A stretch of 64,000 nt of DNA from assembly GCA_949283975.1 (NCBI GenBank), contig CASDUK010000001.1, positions 218,764 to 282,763 on the forward strand, read 5' to 3'. Numbering within the stretch: the stretch's first letter is position 1; every line of letters starts with the position of its first letter. This DNA comes from an uncultured Bacillota bacterium (lineage in GTDB: Bacteria; Bacillota; Clostridia; Christensenellales; UBA1242). The position numbers were made by a program, and so were the translations under genes. A model generated the notes under the pieces. It saw only the letters and a program-made list of their open reading frames with translations, ran no database searches and had not been told where the DNA came from. Below are positions 19,051-28,784 of the stretch, piece by piece.

Positions 19051-19265
19051 TGGAAGAATTAACATTTGAAGCGGCTGAAAAAGAGCTTGAAGAGATTATT
19101 TCAAAAATGGAGAATGGAAACATTCCGTTTTCAAAGGCTCAAGAGCTTTATGAGCGAGGAAGCCAATTGATTAAATTTTGTCTTTCATCATTAGAGCAGG
19201 CAAAGGGGAAAATTAGTATAATCAAAAAGGATTTAGACACCTTCATTGAAGAAAAATTTGAATAG
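19050..19265 (+). CDS. xseB: Exodeoxyribonuclease VII small subunit
   Basis: A 71-aa helical protein containing FEAAEKELEEII..ME.G....S..LYERG, translationally coupled to xseA. Confidence 0.85.
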   Translation: MEELTFEAAEKELEEIISKMENGNIPFSKAQELYERGSQLIKFCLSSLEQAKGKISIIKKDLDTFIEEKFE

Positions 19266-19331
19266 CATAATACTTTATATTTGGTATTATGCAAACAAAG
19301 GACACACAATATATAGAATTAAGGAGTTAAT

Positions 19332-20759
19332 ATGGCTAAAAATTTTGTTGAAAACATTGCAGATATGGAAGCGGATTTTCCACAGTGGTATACGGACGTT
19401 GTTACTAAAACAGAGCTTGTAGACTATGGCCCAGTTAAGGGAACAATGGTAATTCGTCCATATGGCTATGAAATTTGGGAGAACATTCAAAATTATTTAA
19501 ATAAGGAATTTAAGAAGGAAGGCGTTAAAAACGCATACTTTCCAATGTTTATTCCAGAAAGTTTTTTAAAGCGCGAGGCAGAGCATGTTGAGGGCTTTGC
19601 GCCCGAGGTTGCAGTTGTTACATACGCTGGCGGAAAGGAACTTGACGAAAAGCTTGTTGTTCGTCCAACAAGCGAAACAATTATTTGTGAAATGTATTCC
19701 AAATGGATAAATAGTTACAGAGACCTTCCGGTTAAAATGAATCAGTGGTGCAACATCGTAAGATGGGAGAAAACGACAAGGCCTTTCCTTAGAACAAGCG
19801 AATTTTTGTGGCAGGAGGGCCACACCGTTTATTCAACAGCGGAAGGGGCAAAGGAAGACGCTTTAAGAATGCTTGACGTTTATAGAAGGCTTGGAGAGGA
19901 GTGTTTGGCAATTCCTTTCTTCACGGGGAAAAAGACAGAAAGCGAAAAATTTCCAGGTGCGATTGAAACTTACACAATTGAGGCAATGATGCATGACGGA
20001 AAAAGCCTTCAGTCTGGAACATCACACAACTTGGGGCAAAATTTTGCAAAAGCCTTTAATATTAAATTCTTAAATAAAGAAGGCGTTCTTGAATATGGCT
20101 ATTCAAGCTCTTGGGGCGTTTCAACGCGCCTAATTGGTGCGCTTATCATGGTTCATGGAGACAATCGCGGCCTTGTTTTGCCTCCACGAGTTGCGCCAAT
20201 TCAAGTTGTAATTGTTCCAATTGGCGGGGGAAATGAGGAAGTTTCGCATGCAACAAAAAACCTTGAAGAAAAACTTTTAGAAAGAGGTGTTAGGGTTTGG
20301 ACAGACAAAACGGAAAATTCGCCTGGCTGGAAGTTTAATCAATGGGAAATGAAGGGCGTTCCAATTAGAATTGAAATTGGCCCAAGGGATTTGGCCGCTG
20401 GTCAGGTTACAATTTTTAGAAGAGATGAGCTAACAAAACAACAACTGGGGCTTGATGAGGCTGCCGAATTTGCAACAAAACTGCTTGATGAAATCCACAC
20501 AAACATGTTTGAAAAGGCCAAGAAATTTAGAGATGAAAGGATTGAAAGAGCAAACAGCGTTGAAGAAATTTTAAAGGTCGTAGACGATAAAAAATTTGCG
20601 CGCGTTGACATATGTGAGGACGAAAACTGTTGCCTTAAAGTTAAGGAAAAAACAACTGCAACATCAAGAATGATTGAGGCAGAGAACATAAGCGGGAAAA
20701 AGTGTGCCGTTTGCGGGAAAGACGCAACAAGAACGGTTTTGTTTGCAAGGTCATATTAG
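19332..20759 (+). CDS. proS: Proline--tRNA ligase (archaeal/eukaryote-like type)
   Basis: DFPQWYTDVVTKTELVDYGPVKGTMVIRPYGYEIWENIQ, class II motifs, and the C-terminal Zn-like CAVCGK are present. Confidence 0.9.
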   Translation: MAKNFVENIADMEADFPQWYTDVVTKTELVDYGPVKGTMVIRPYGYEIWENIQNYLNKEFKKEGVKNAYFPMFIPESFLKREAEHVEGFAPEVAVVTYAGGKELDEKLVVRPTSETIICEMYSKWINSYRDLPVKMNQWCNIVRWEKTTRPFLRTSEFLWQEGHTVYSTAEGAKEDALRMLDVYRRLGEECLAIPFFTGKKTESEKFPGAIETYTIEAMMHDGKSLQSGTSHNLGQNFAKAFNIKFLNKEGVLEYGYSSSWGVSTRLIGALIMVHGDNRGLVLPPRVAPIQVVIVPIGGGNEEVSHATKNLEEKLLERGVRVWTDKTENSPGWKFNQWEMKGVPIRIEIGPRDLAAGQVTIFRRDELTKQQLGLDEAAEFATKLLDEIHTNMFEKAKKFRDERIERANSVEEILKVVDDKKFARVDICEDENCCLKVKEKTTATSRMIEAENISGKKCAVCGKDATRTVLFARSY

Positions 20760-20820
20760 TTATTGAAGACTTAATTAATAAAAAGCATCAGAAAAATGTT
20801 ATCTTTTAAAAAAAATTAAA

Positions 20821-20847
20821 AAAACAGTTGCAGAAACTGTTTTTTTG
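20821..20847 (+). terminator. Intrinsic terminator after proS
   Basis: AACAGTT-GCAGA-AACTGTT hairpin followed by T7. Confidence 0.75.
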
Positions 20848-20880
20848 TGATATCATTGTAAAGCAAAAGGGCTTTACAAA

Positions 20881-21147
20881 GTGGTTGAAATTGAAAAAAC
20901 AGTTTATTTTGGAAATCTTTTAGAGCTTTATGGAAGGCTTTTAAGCCCGGTTCAGCAAAAAGTTATGTTCGAATATTATGAGCAAGATTTAACTTTAAGC
21001 GAAATTGCCGAAAACAACAACATTTCGCGCCAGGCGGTTTATGACGCCGCAAAAAAGGCTCAAAACAAGTTGTTGGAATTTGAAAAGAAGGTTGGCGCGC
21101 TTAAGCAAATTGAAAAATTAAAGGAAAGGATTGATGGCAATATTTGA
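20881..21147 (+). CDS. ylxM: YlxM/p13-family putative DNA-binding protein (UPF0122)
   Basis: LLELYGRLLSPVQQKVMFEYYEQDLTLSEIAENNNISRQAVYDAAKKA, located directly upstream of ffh. Confidence 0.8.
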   Translation: MVEIEKTVYFGNLLELYGRLLSPVQQKVMFEYYEQDLTLSEIAENNNISRQAVYDAAKKAQNKLLEFEKKVGALKQIEKLKERIDGNI

Positions 21148-22441
21148 AAGTTTAACCGAAAAACTTAACCACGCGTTTAGCAAAATAATAAACCGCGGAA
21201 AGTTAACTTCGCTTGAAATAAAAGAGGCAATGAGAGATGTTAAAATGGCGCTGTTAGAGGCCGATGTTAACTATCTTGTTGTTAAGAAATTTATTTCAGA
21301 TGTTTCCGAAAAGGCAAGCGGGGATGAAGTTTTAAAAAGTTTAACTCCGGCTCAAACAGTTATTAAAATTGTTAGGGACGAGCTTGTTAAGCTAATGGGA
21401 AGCACAAATTCAAAGCTTGAAGTAAGCCCAAAACCGCCAACAATTATAATGATGTGTGGCCTTCAAGGCGCGGGAAAGACAACGATGTGTGGGAAACTTG
21501 CTGTCTATTTAAAAAAGAGCGGTAAAAGGCCGCTTTTAGCCGCTTGTGATATATATCGTCCGGCTGCAATTCAACAGCTTAAAATTGTTGGAAAACAAGC
21601 TGGGGCAGAAGTTTTTGAAAGGGGAACTTCAAACCCTGTTAAAATTGCTAAGGAAGCAGTTGAATATGCTAAAAAGCAAGGCTTTGACACTGTTATTTTG
21701 GACACAGCTGGGCGCCTTCACATTGACGAAAAGTTAATGAAAGAACTTGAGGACATTAAAAGGGAAACAAACCCAACCGAAATTCTTTTAACCGTTGATG
21801 CAATGATTGGGCAAGACGCGGTTACAACCGCCGAAGAGTTCAATAATAAGTTGGACATAACCGGGGTTATTTTAACAAAATTAGATGGGGACACAAGGGG
21901 CGGCGCGGCGCTTTCAATTAAAGCAATAACAGGAAAGCCAATTAAATTTTCTGGCGTTGGAGAAAAACTTGGAGATTTAGAGCCTTTCCATCCAGACAGA
22001 ATTGCAAGCAGAATTCTTGGAATGGGCGATGTTCTAACGCTTATAGAGCGCGCAGAACAAGCAATTTCTGAAGACCAGGCAAGGGAACTTGAAAAAAAGT
22101 TCAGACAGAATAAGTTTGATTTTGAGGACTATTTAACTCAAATGGAAAACCTTAAGAAAATGGGAAACATTAAGGACATTTTGGGAATGATTCCTGGCCT
22201 TGGCTCTAAAATTAAAGCAGTTGAGATTGACGAAAAACAACTTTTAAGGCAAAAGGCAATAATCCAATCCATGACGCCCTTTGAAAGGAAAAATCCAGAG
22301 GTTATTAAGGCAAGCCAAAGAAAGCGAATTGCAGAGGGAAGCGGAACGGGAATTCAAGATGTTAACCAACTTTTAAAACAGCTTGAAAAAAGCAAGGAAA
22401 TGATGAAAATGTTAAAAAATAAAAAAGGATTTGGAATTTAA
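21131..22441 (+). CDS. ffh: Signal recognition particle protein Ffh
   Basis: GLQGAGKTT, DTAGRL, TKLDGDTRGGAALS, and a Met-rich M domain fit Ffh. Confidence 0.95.
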   Translation: MMAIFESLTEKLNHAFSKIINRGKLTSLEIKEAMRDVKMALLEADVNYLVVKKFISDVSEKASGDEVLKSLTPAQTVIKIVRDELVKLMGSTNSKLEVSPKPPTIIMMCGLQGAGKTTMCGKLAVYLKKSGKRPLLAACDIYRPAAIQQLKIVGKQAGAEVFERGTSNPVKIAKEAVEYAKKQGFDTVILDTAGRLHIDEKLMKELEDIKRETNPTEILLTVDAMIGQDAVTTAEEFNNKLDITGVILTKLDGDTRGGAALSIKAITGKPIKFSGVGEKLGDLEPFHPDRIASRILGMGDVLTLIERAEQAISEDQARELEKKFRQNKFDFEDYLTQMENLKKMGNIKDILGMIPGLGSKIKAVEIDEKQLLRQKAIIQSMTPFERKNPEVIKASQRKRIAEGSGTGIQDVNQLLKQLEKSKEMMKMLKNKKGFGI

Positions 22442-22495
22442 GGATATTACATTCGAAAGAATTTAATATAAAAATCAAACAGGAGGAAAAGAAAA

Positions 22496-22747
22496 ATGGC
22501 AGTTAAAATTAGGCTTACAAGACTTGGGGATAAAAAAAGCCCATTCTATCGTGTGATTGTTGCAGATTCGCGCAGCCCAAGAGACGGAAGATTCATCGAT
22601 TTGATTGGAACTTACAATCCGCTTGTTGACCCAGCTGAAATTAAAATTGACGCAGAGAAGGCAAAAAAATGGCTTGCTAGCGGCGCTCAACCAACAGACA
22701 CAGCTAGGGCATTGCTTGTTAAATCTGGAATAATTGAAAAGAAATAA
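22496..22747 (+). CDS. rpsP: 30S ribosomal protein S16
   Basis: [42 protein letters not shown] matches S16. Confidence 0.95.
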   Translation: MAVKIRLTRLGDKKSPFYRVIVADSRSPRDGRFIDLIGTYNPLVDPAEIKIDAEKAKKWLASGAQPTDTARALLVKSGIIEKK

Positions 22748-22756
22748 GGAGTAAAC

Positions 22757-22993
22757 ATGAAAGACATAGTTGAATATATTGTCAAAGCTCTTTGCGATTA
22801 TCCAGACCAAGTTTCTGTTAAGGAAGAATCCGACAGGGGGGCGGAAATTATAAAAATTTCTGTTGCACCATCAGACATGGGAAAAGTTATTGGCCGTAAT
22901 GGAAAAATTGCAACAAGCATTAGAACAATTGTTAAATCACTTTCAAACAAGCAACATAAAAAATTTATTGTTAAAATTGAAGAGAACGCATGA
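22757..22993 (+). CDS. KH-domain RNA-binding protein (YlqC/KhpA-like)
   Basis: KVIGRNGKIATSIRTIV, a 78-aa protein between rpsP and rimM. Confidence 0.85.
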   Translation: MKDIVEYIVKALCDYPDQVSVKEESDRGAEIIKISVAPSDMGKVIGRNGKIATSIRTIVKSLSNKQHKKFIVKIEENA

Positions 22994-23475
22994 TTGAAAT
23001 TGGAAAAATTGTTAAACCCCAGGGAATTAAAGGCGAGGTTAAAGTTGTTTTAGATTCCGATTTTTCTCGCCTTTCATCTCTAAAAAGCGTTTATATTTGC
23101 GGAAGGGAGTTTGAAGTTCAATCTCTTTCTTTTAGAGATGCGCTCTATTTAAAACTTTTTGGCGTTGAAAACAGAAACGAGGCCGAACTTCTTCGGGGTG
23201 AAAGCGTCTTTGCAGATGAAGAAAGTCTTTTGCCGCTTGAGGAAGGAGAGTTCTATTTTAAAGACTTAATTGGACTTAAAGTTGTTGACCAGCATGGAGA
23301 AGAAATTGGAAAGATTGAGGACATTGAGCAATTTGGGGCGGCGGATATTATTGTTGTTAGAGAACGAAACATGCTTTTTTCAGTTCCGTTTTTGGGTTCA
23401 ATCTTTTTAAAAATTGAAAGAGAAAAGACAATTGTTTCAAGGCAAGAATATGACAATTTAAAAATTAACGGCTAG
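22990..23475 (+). CDS. rimM: Ribosome maturation factor RimM
   Basis: IGKIVKPQGIKGEVKV...FYFKDLIGLKVVDQHGEEIGKIEDIEQFGAADIIVV matches RimM. Confidence 0.9.
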   Translation: MIEIGKIVKPQGIKGEVKVVLDSDFSRLSSLKSVYICGREFEVQSLSFRDALYLKLFGVENRNEAELLRGESVFADEESLLPLEEGEFYFKDLIGLKVVDQHGEEIGKIEDIEQFGAADIIVVRERNMLFSVPFLGSIFLKIEREKTIVSRQEYDNLKING

Positions 23476-23550
23476 CGCCGTTTTTTTTAATTAAAAACAA
23501 TTGCACAACTTTTTTTTATGTGATAAAATTAAAGCCAAGCGGAGGATAAA

Positions 23551-24996
23551 ATGGGCTTTTGCAAATTTTCGGCTCAAAGCATAATAAACAACAAAACCGA
23601 AGTTGACAACATTTTTATCAACGATTTTTTGCCATATGCGCCGGAAAACGCCGTTAAAGTTTATCTATATGGCCTTTACAAATGTTCGAGTTCCTCCTAT
23701 GATAACACAATTGAAAGTTTTTCAAAAGTTTTAAAAATTTCTGAAGACGAGATTTTGGAAATTTACAGGTTTTGGGAGGCAGAAGGCCTTGTTCAAGTTA
23801 TAAACTCAATTCCAGTTGAAATTAGGTATATGCCGCTTAAAAATGTTGTTAATAATACGAAAAAATATAATGTTTCAAAGTATGGAAATTTCTCAGACAA
23901 AGCCCAAGAAATAATTGAGGGGCGAATGATAAGCCCAAATGAATTTAGCGAATATTTTGACACAATTGAAACCTTCCATATAGAGCCAGAAGCAATGCTT
24001 ATGATTATGAAATATTGCGTTAACACAAAGGGCGGGAATGTTGGCTATCCATACATAATTGCTGTTGCCAAAAATTGGGCATATGACGGCGTTAGAACGG
24101 TTTCTGATGTTGAAGAAAGGCTTATAACCTATGAACAAAACAGCGAAGAATTAAAGCTTGTTTTAAAAGCTCTTGGCTCAAAGCGGGCAGTTTCAATTGA
24201 GGAAAGAGAGCTTTATTTAAAGTGGACGCGTGAATTTGGGTTTGAAAACAACTTTATTATTGAAGCAATAAAGCAAAACAAAAAACCGGGCTCAAAACTT
24301 TCTTTTTCAAAGCTAGATGAAATTTTAACAAGTTATTATGAAATGAAAATTTCCTCTCCGAGCGAAATTGAGCAGTTTGAAAGCAACCGCCAAAATCTTA
24401 TTAAATTTGCAAAGAAAGTTTGCAAAGAGCTTGGGCTTTATTATGAAAGCGTTGATAAAATTGTTGAAACTTATATTTCAAAATGGGTTTCAATGGGCTT
24501 TAGCGAAGGGGCAATTTTAAAAATTGCTCAATATTGTTTCAGCTGCTCAATTAGAAAATTTGAGGGAATGAACGACTATGTTAAAAAGTTTTATAAATTA
24601 GGGCTTTTAACAGAGGAAAGTTTGGACGCATATTTTTCAAAAGTTATTGAAGAAGACCAAGAAATTAAAGAAGTTCTTTTGGCTCTTGGCCTAAACAGAA
24701 GCGTTAACTCATTTGACCGAGAGTTTTATAAAAACTGGAAATACAATTGGAAAATGCCAAAAGATGTAATTTTGTTTGGCGCTTCGCTATCCTTAGATAA
24801 AGCGCAACCAATGAAGTATTTGAGCGGAGTTTTGGCAAATTGGCATGAGAAAAATGTTGAAACTGTTGACCAGGCGAAAACTTTTGCAAGCCAAAGAAGT
24901 GAGGAACGAAAAGTTGACGGAAAAATTAAAACAAGAAATTATTCCAAGCAAGATTTAAGCGCGCTTTTTGACAGTCTTGAAGAAGTTGAAATTTAA
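23551..24996 (+). CDS. DnaD-domain replication initiation/helicase-loading protein (Firmicute DnaB-like)
   Basis: Repeated DnaD-like modules are present (YIIAVAKNWAYDGVRTVSDVEE and YLSGVLANWHEKNVETVDQAK), and the gene sits upstream of a DnaI-like ATPase. Confidence 0.7.
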   Translation: MGFCKFSAQSIINNKTEVDNIFINDFLPYAPENAVKVYLYGLYKCSSSSYDNTIESFSKVLKISEDEILEIYRFWEAEGLVQVINSIPVEIRYMPLKNVVNNTKKYNVSKYGNFSDKAQEIIEGRMISPNEFSEYFDTIETFHIEPEAMLMIMKYCVNTKGGNVGYPYIIAVAKNWAYDGVRTVSDVEERLITYEQNSEELKLVLKALGSKRAVSIEERELYLKWTREFGFENNFIIEAIKQNKKPGSKLSFSKLDEILTSYYEMKISSPSEIEQFESNRQNLIKFAKKVCKELGLYYESVDKIVETYISKWVSMGFSEGAILKIAQYCFSCSIRKFEGMNDYVKKFYKLGLLTEESLDAYFSKVIEEDQEIKEVLLALGLNRSVNSFDREFYKNWKYNWKMPKDVILFGASLSLDKAQPMKYLSGVLANWHEKNVETVDQAKTFASQRSEERKVDGKIKTRNYSKQDLSALFDSLEEVEI

Positions 24997-25005
24997 GAGG
25001 GGAAC

Positions 25006-25896
25006 ATGAAGAAACTAGATGCTGAAGTTAGGGAAATTTTAAAAGCGCGCCATGAAAGAGCAGTTAAGGTTGCAGAGCAAAACTTGGCGGTTGCTAGAAA
25101 CAACAAACTGTTTAAACAGGTTGAAGAGAAACAGGGCGAACTTTGCTTTGAAATTGCAAATTTAATTGCAGACGGCAAAGATGTTTCTCTTTTAAATGAT
25201 GAGCTAAAAAAAATTAGAAAAGAAAGAGAAAAGATTTTAAAGGAAATTGGCCTTAGCGAGAAAGATTTGCTTCCAAACTTTACTTGCAAAAAATGTTTGG
25301 ACACGGGCAAGAACGGTTGCAAATGTGCAAAAAAAATTAAATCGCTTCTGCTCCTTAAAAAATGCAATCTAGGGCAAAAACTTGAGGATTTTAAAGAGGC
25401 AAAAAGAACAACAAAAACCTTTTCGCTTGCGCTTGATAAATTGCAGCAGTGGGCTGAAAAGTTTCCAGAAGTTAAACACAGTTCAATTTTTATCTCTGGC
25501 CAGACTGGAACAGGAAAAACTTTTCTTTCAAGGTGTATAATTAAAAAACTTTTGGAAAGGGAATTTTTTGTTCTCTATACAACAGCTTTTTCTCTAAACC
25601 AACAATTCCTTTTGTATATAAAAGATGAATCTGCCTTGGAAGATGTTTTAAATTGCGACCTGTTAGTTGTTGACGACCTTGGAACAGAGCCAATTTTAAA
25701 CAATGTAACGCTCAACTATCTATATTTAACCCTAAACGAACGGGCGGTTAGAGGAAAGTCAACGCTAATAAACTCAAACCTTGGTGCAGAGGAAATTTTG
25801 GATAGGTATGGGGAAAGAATTTTTTCAAGAATTTTTAACAAACGCGATGGCCTTGCAATCAAACTTGAAGGCGAAGATTTGAGATTAAAAAAATAG
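25006..25896 (+). CDS. dnaI: DnaI/DnaC-family helicase loader ATPase
   Basis: Walker A motif GQTGTGKTFL, Walker B motif LLVVDDLGTE, and an N-terminal Cys cluster CKKCLDTGKNGCKC. Confidence 0.7.
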   Translation: MKKLDAEVREILKARHERAVKVAEQNLAVARNNKLFKQVEEKQGELCFEIANLIADGKDVSLLNDELKKIRKEREKILKEIGLSEKDLLPNFTCKKCLDTGKNGCKCAKKIKSLLLLKKCNLGQKLEDFKEAKRTTKTFSLALDKLQQWAEKFPEVKHSSIFISGQTGTGKTFLSRCIIKKLLEREFFVLYTTAFSLNQQFLLYIKDESALEDVLNCDLLVVDDLGTEPILNNVTLNYLYLTLNERAVRGKSTLINSNLGAEEILDRYGERIFSRIFNKRDGLAIKLEGEDLRLKK

Positions 25897-25906
25897 GAGA
25901 AAGGTT

Positions 25907-26839
25907 ATGATTTATGATGTTTTAATTATTGGCGGCGGGCCGGCGGCGCTAACTGCGGCAATTTATTCAAGGCGCGCTGGTAAAAGTGTTTTAATTATAG
26001 AAAGAATGGTTCCGGGCGGCCAAGTTGCCCTAACTAGCACAGTTGAAAACTATCCTGGAATAAAAAAAATTGATGGAGTTACGCTTGCAACAAACATGTT
26101 CGACCATGCCTCTTCACTTGGCGCTGAGTTTGTTTTTAGCGATGTTTTAGAGTTTAACTTAAAGGATAAAGTTAAAAGCGTTAGAACCCACGAAGGAACA
26201 TTTGAAGGGAAAACAATCATATTATGTTTAGGAGCTTCTGCAAAGCAACTAAACCTTGAAAATGAGAAGAAGTTTGTTGGAAGAGGGGTTAGTTACTGCG
26301 CAACTTGCGATGGCGCTCTTTACAAAGATCAAACCGTTGCAATAGTTGGCGGCGGAAACACCTCGCTTGAAGATTCGCTTTATCTTGCAGGGCTTGCGAA
26401 AAAAGTTTATTTAATCCACAGAAGAGATCAGTTTAAAGGCGACCAAATTTTGGTTAATCAGTTGAAAGCAGAGCTTAACAAGCAATCTAGCCCAATTGAA
26501 GTTCTTTTAAACTCTCATGTAATAAAGATTGATGGACAAGACAAAATTGAAACAATAACAGTTGAAAATTGCGCAACTAAGGAAACAAAAAAATTAAAGG
26601 TTGACGCACTTTTCATTGCAATTGGAAGAAAGCCAGACACGGAGCTTTTAGATGGTGTTGAGTTGGATAAAAATGGATATATCTTAACAAACGAAAAAAT
26701 GGAAACCAACATTCCCGGCGTTTATGCCGCGGGCGATGTTCGACAAAAACAACTTAGACAAATTATTACGGCATGTAGCGATGGAGCTATTGCATCAATA
26801 AACACCAATGAGTATATACTGAAAACTTTTGGGAGTTAA
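25907..26839 (+). CDS. trxB: Thioredoxin-disulfide reductase
   Basis: YDVLIIGGGPAALTAAIY, the redox-active CATCDG, and GGGNTSLE fit TrxB. Confidence 0.9.
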   Translation: MIYDVLIIGGGPAALTAAIYSRRAGKSVLIIERMVPGGQVALTSTVENYPGIKKIDGVTLATNMFDHASSLGAEFVFSDVLEFNLKDKVKSVRTHEGTFEGKTIILCLGASAKQLNLENEKKFVGRGVSYCATCDGALYKDQTVAIVGGGNTSLEDSLYLAGLAKKVYLIHRRDQFKGDQILVNQLKAELNKQSSPIEVLLNSHVIKIDGQDKIETITVENCATKETKKLKVDALFIAIGRKPDTELLDGVELDKNGYILTNEKMETNIPGVYAAGDVRQKQLRQIITACSDGAIASINTNEYILKTFGS

Positions 26840-26841
26840 AT

Positions 26842-28140
26842 TTGTTTAAAAAGCTCTTTGGAACAGACGGAATTAGAGGTCAGTGGAGGGATAAAATAAC
26901 CCCAGAACTTGCCTTTGAAATTGGAAAAGCAGTTGCAACAATTTTTAGACGCGAAGGAGAGCAAAATTCAATTGTAGTTGGAAAGGACACGCGCCTTTCT
27001 TGCGATGTTTTAGAAGCCAGTTTAATTTCGGGAATAACCTCAATGGGAACAGATGTTATAAAAATTGGCGTTGTTCCAACGGCGGTTGTTCCCTATTCTG
27101 TTTCATATTACAAGGTTAACGCTGGCGTTATGATAACCGCTTCCCACAATTCAGCTTCGGACAACGGGTTTAAGTTTTTCAATGGAAATGGGTTTAGAAT
27201 TTCCGATGAACAAGAGAGCCACATTGAACATTTAATTTCCAATTCATCAGACTATGCGCTGTTTCCCTTTAACAAACTTGGAAGGGTTTGTTTTAGCAAA
27301 ACAAGTTTAAATTCATACATAAACATGATTAAAGCCGAGTTAAAGTTTAAAAAGAAGTTAAAAATCCTGTTTGATTGTGCAAACGGTTCTTCAAGCAGCG
27401 TTGTTAAAAAAATTTTTAAAGGACACAATTGCACTTTCATTTCCTCATCGCCAAATGGACTAAACATAAACGACCATTGTGGCGCAACATCAATTAAAAA
27501 CATAATTGAAAAGATGAAAACCAAAAAATTTGATGTTGGTTTTTCGTTTGACGGAGATGCCGACCGGGTTAGAATTGTTTTGGGCGGCGGCAAACTTGTT
27601 TCGGGAGAGGACATTATTTATCATCTAACAAAATATAACAACTTCTCTTCCGTTGTTACAACAAAGATGAGCAACATGGCGCTTTTAAATCAGCTTGAAA
27701 GCGAGGGAATTAAATGTTTTGTTGTAGACATTGGAGAAGGCGCTGTTATTGACGGGCTTTTGCAAACTTCAAGTAAGCTTGGGGGTGAGAACAATGGCCA
27801 CTTCCTTTTAATTGAAAAAGGGGCATGCAGCGACGGAATTTTAGTTGCAGCTCAAGTTCTTTCAATTATGGAAAAAAACCCAAAACTAGATGTTCCATAC
27901 ATAAAATATTCCCAGTTTGAAAAAGCAGTTAAAGTTAAGAACAAAGAAGACATAATTAGAAATTCGTTTATCAGAGAAAAGATTGAGCTTTGCGAAAGTT
28001 TGCTTGCAGAGAAGGGAAGAATTTTGGTTAGAGCAAGCGGAACAGAAGAGGTTATTCGAATTTTGGTTGAGGGAGAGGACAGCAACCTTGTTGAGGAAAT
28101 TGGAAGAGAAATAGAAGAGAACATATTGAAACTTGCATGA
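26842..28140 (+). CDS. glmM: Phosphoglucosamine mutase
   Basis: LFGTDGIRG, TASHNSASDNGFKF, and FDGDADR fit GlmM. The start codon is TTG after GGGAG. Confidence 0.85.
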   Translation: MFKKLFGTDGIRGQWRDKITPELAFEIGKAVATIFRREGEQNSIVVGKDTRLSCDVLEASLISGITSMGTDVIKIGVVPTAVVPYSVSYYKVNAGVMITASHNSASDNGFKFFNGNGFRISDEQESHIEHLISNSSDYALFPFNKLGRVCFSKTSLNSYINMIKAELKFKKKLKILFDCANGSSSSVVKKIFKGHNCTFISSSPNGLNINDHCGATSIKNIIEKMKTKKFDVGFSFDGDADRVRIVLGGGKLVSGEDIIYHLTKYNNFSSVVTTKMSNMALLNQLESEGIKCFVVDIGEGAVIDGLLQTSSKLGGENNGHFLLIEKGACSDGILVAAQVLSIMEKNPKLDVPYIKYSQFEKAVKVKNKEDIIRNSFIREKIELCESLLAEKGRILVRASGTEEVIRILVEGEDSNLVEEIGREIEENILKLA

Positions 28141-28194
28141 TTGGGGTTGACAAAAATAATTGCCTCTGATAAAATGTTTTTTAAGAGGTTAAGT

Positions 28195-28593
28195 ATGGTT
28201 GTTAATTTCAAAGGGAAAAAATATGAACTTTCAGACGAAGCTGAAAAGGTTTTGGTTGTAAAAGATGCTGGAGGGAACTCTCATTTAGTTAGATATTTTA
28301 AGGACGGAAAGGCCCACCAAATTGCAATGTCAATGGAAGCTTTTGTTGAAAGCCTTTCGGTTGCAAACAGCAAACTTTTTACAAGCAAATTTGTAAAAAG
28401 CCTTTCAGAGCCAATGGAGCTTCTTTCAAAGAAAAAAATTTTTGAAGAAGTTAAAGAATTCTATGGCGCAGTAAACGACATTGTTTCTGCGAAAGAAAGG
28501 CAAAATAAGCTCTCTGGCCAAGCGCTTTCTCAGGCGGCGGCAAACTCGCAAACTAGCGCAGAAAAAATTAAAATGATTGGAAAAAATCTATAG
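28195..28593 (+). CDS. Hypothetical protein
   Basis: A clean 132-aa ORF starting MVVNFKGKKYELSDEAEK after AAGAGG, with no recognised motif. Confidence 0.5.
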   Translation: MVVNFKGKKYELSDEAEKVLVVKDAGGNSHLVRYFKDGKAHQIAMSMEAFVESLSVANSKLFTSKFVKSLSEPMELLSKKKIFEEVKEFYGAVNDIVSAKERQNKLSGQALSQAAANSQTSAEKIKMIGKNL

Positions 28594-28784
28594 TATTTAC
28601 AAAAAAAGTCAAACAACAATAAAATTTTGTTTGATTTTTTTTATAAATAGGTTACAATTACTTTGTAAGTTTAATTAGAAACTAAGTTTTAGTTTTAAAA
28701 TATATACAAAAATTATATTCCTTGAAAAGGTTAATTTTGGCAAGTTTTTAATTAAATTTAACTTTAAAATTTTGGAGAAGAAAT

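Noticed and set aside
19266-19331. T-box leaders upstream of proS, and likewise upstream of serS at 55864-56070.
   Set aside because: The proS upstream region is only 66 nt. It has just a 9-bp hairpin (GCATAATAC...GTATTATGC) and no T-box sequence. The serS upstream region contains two SigA-like promoters but no specifier-loop or antiterminator elements.
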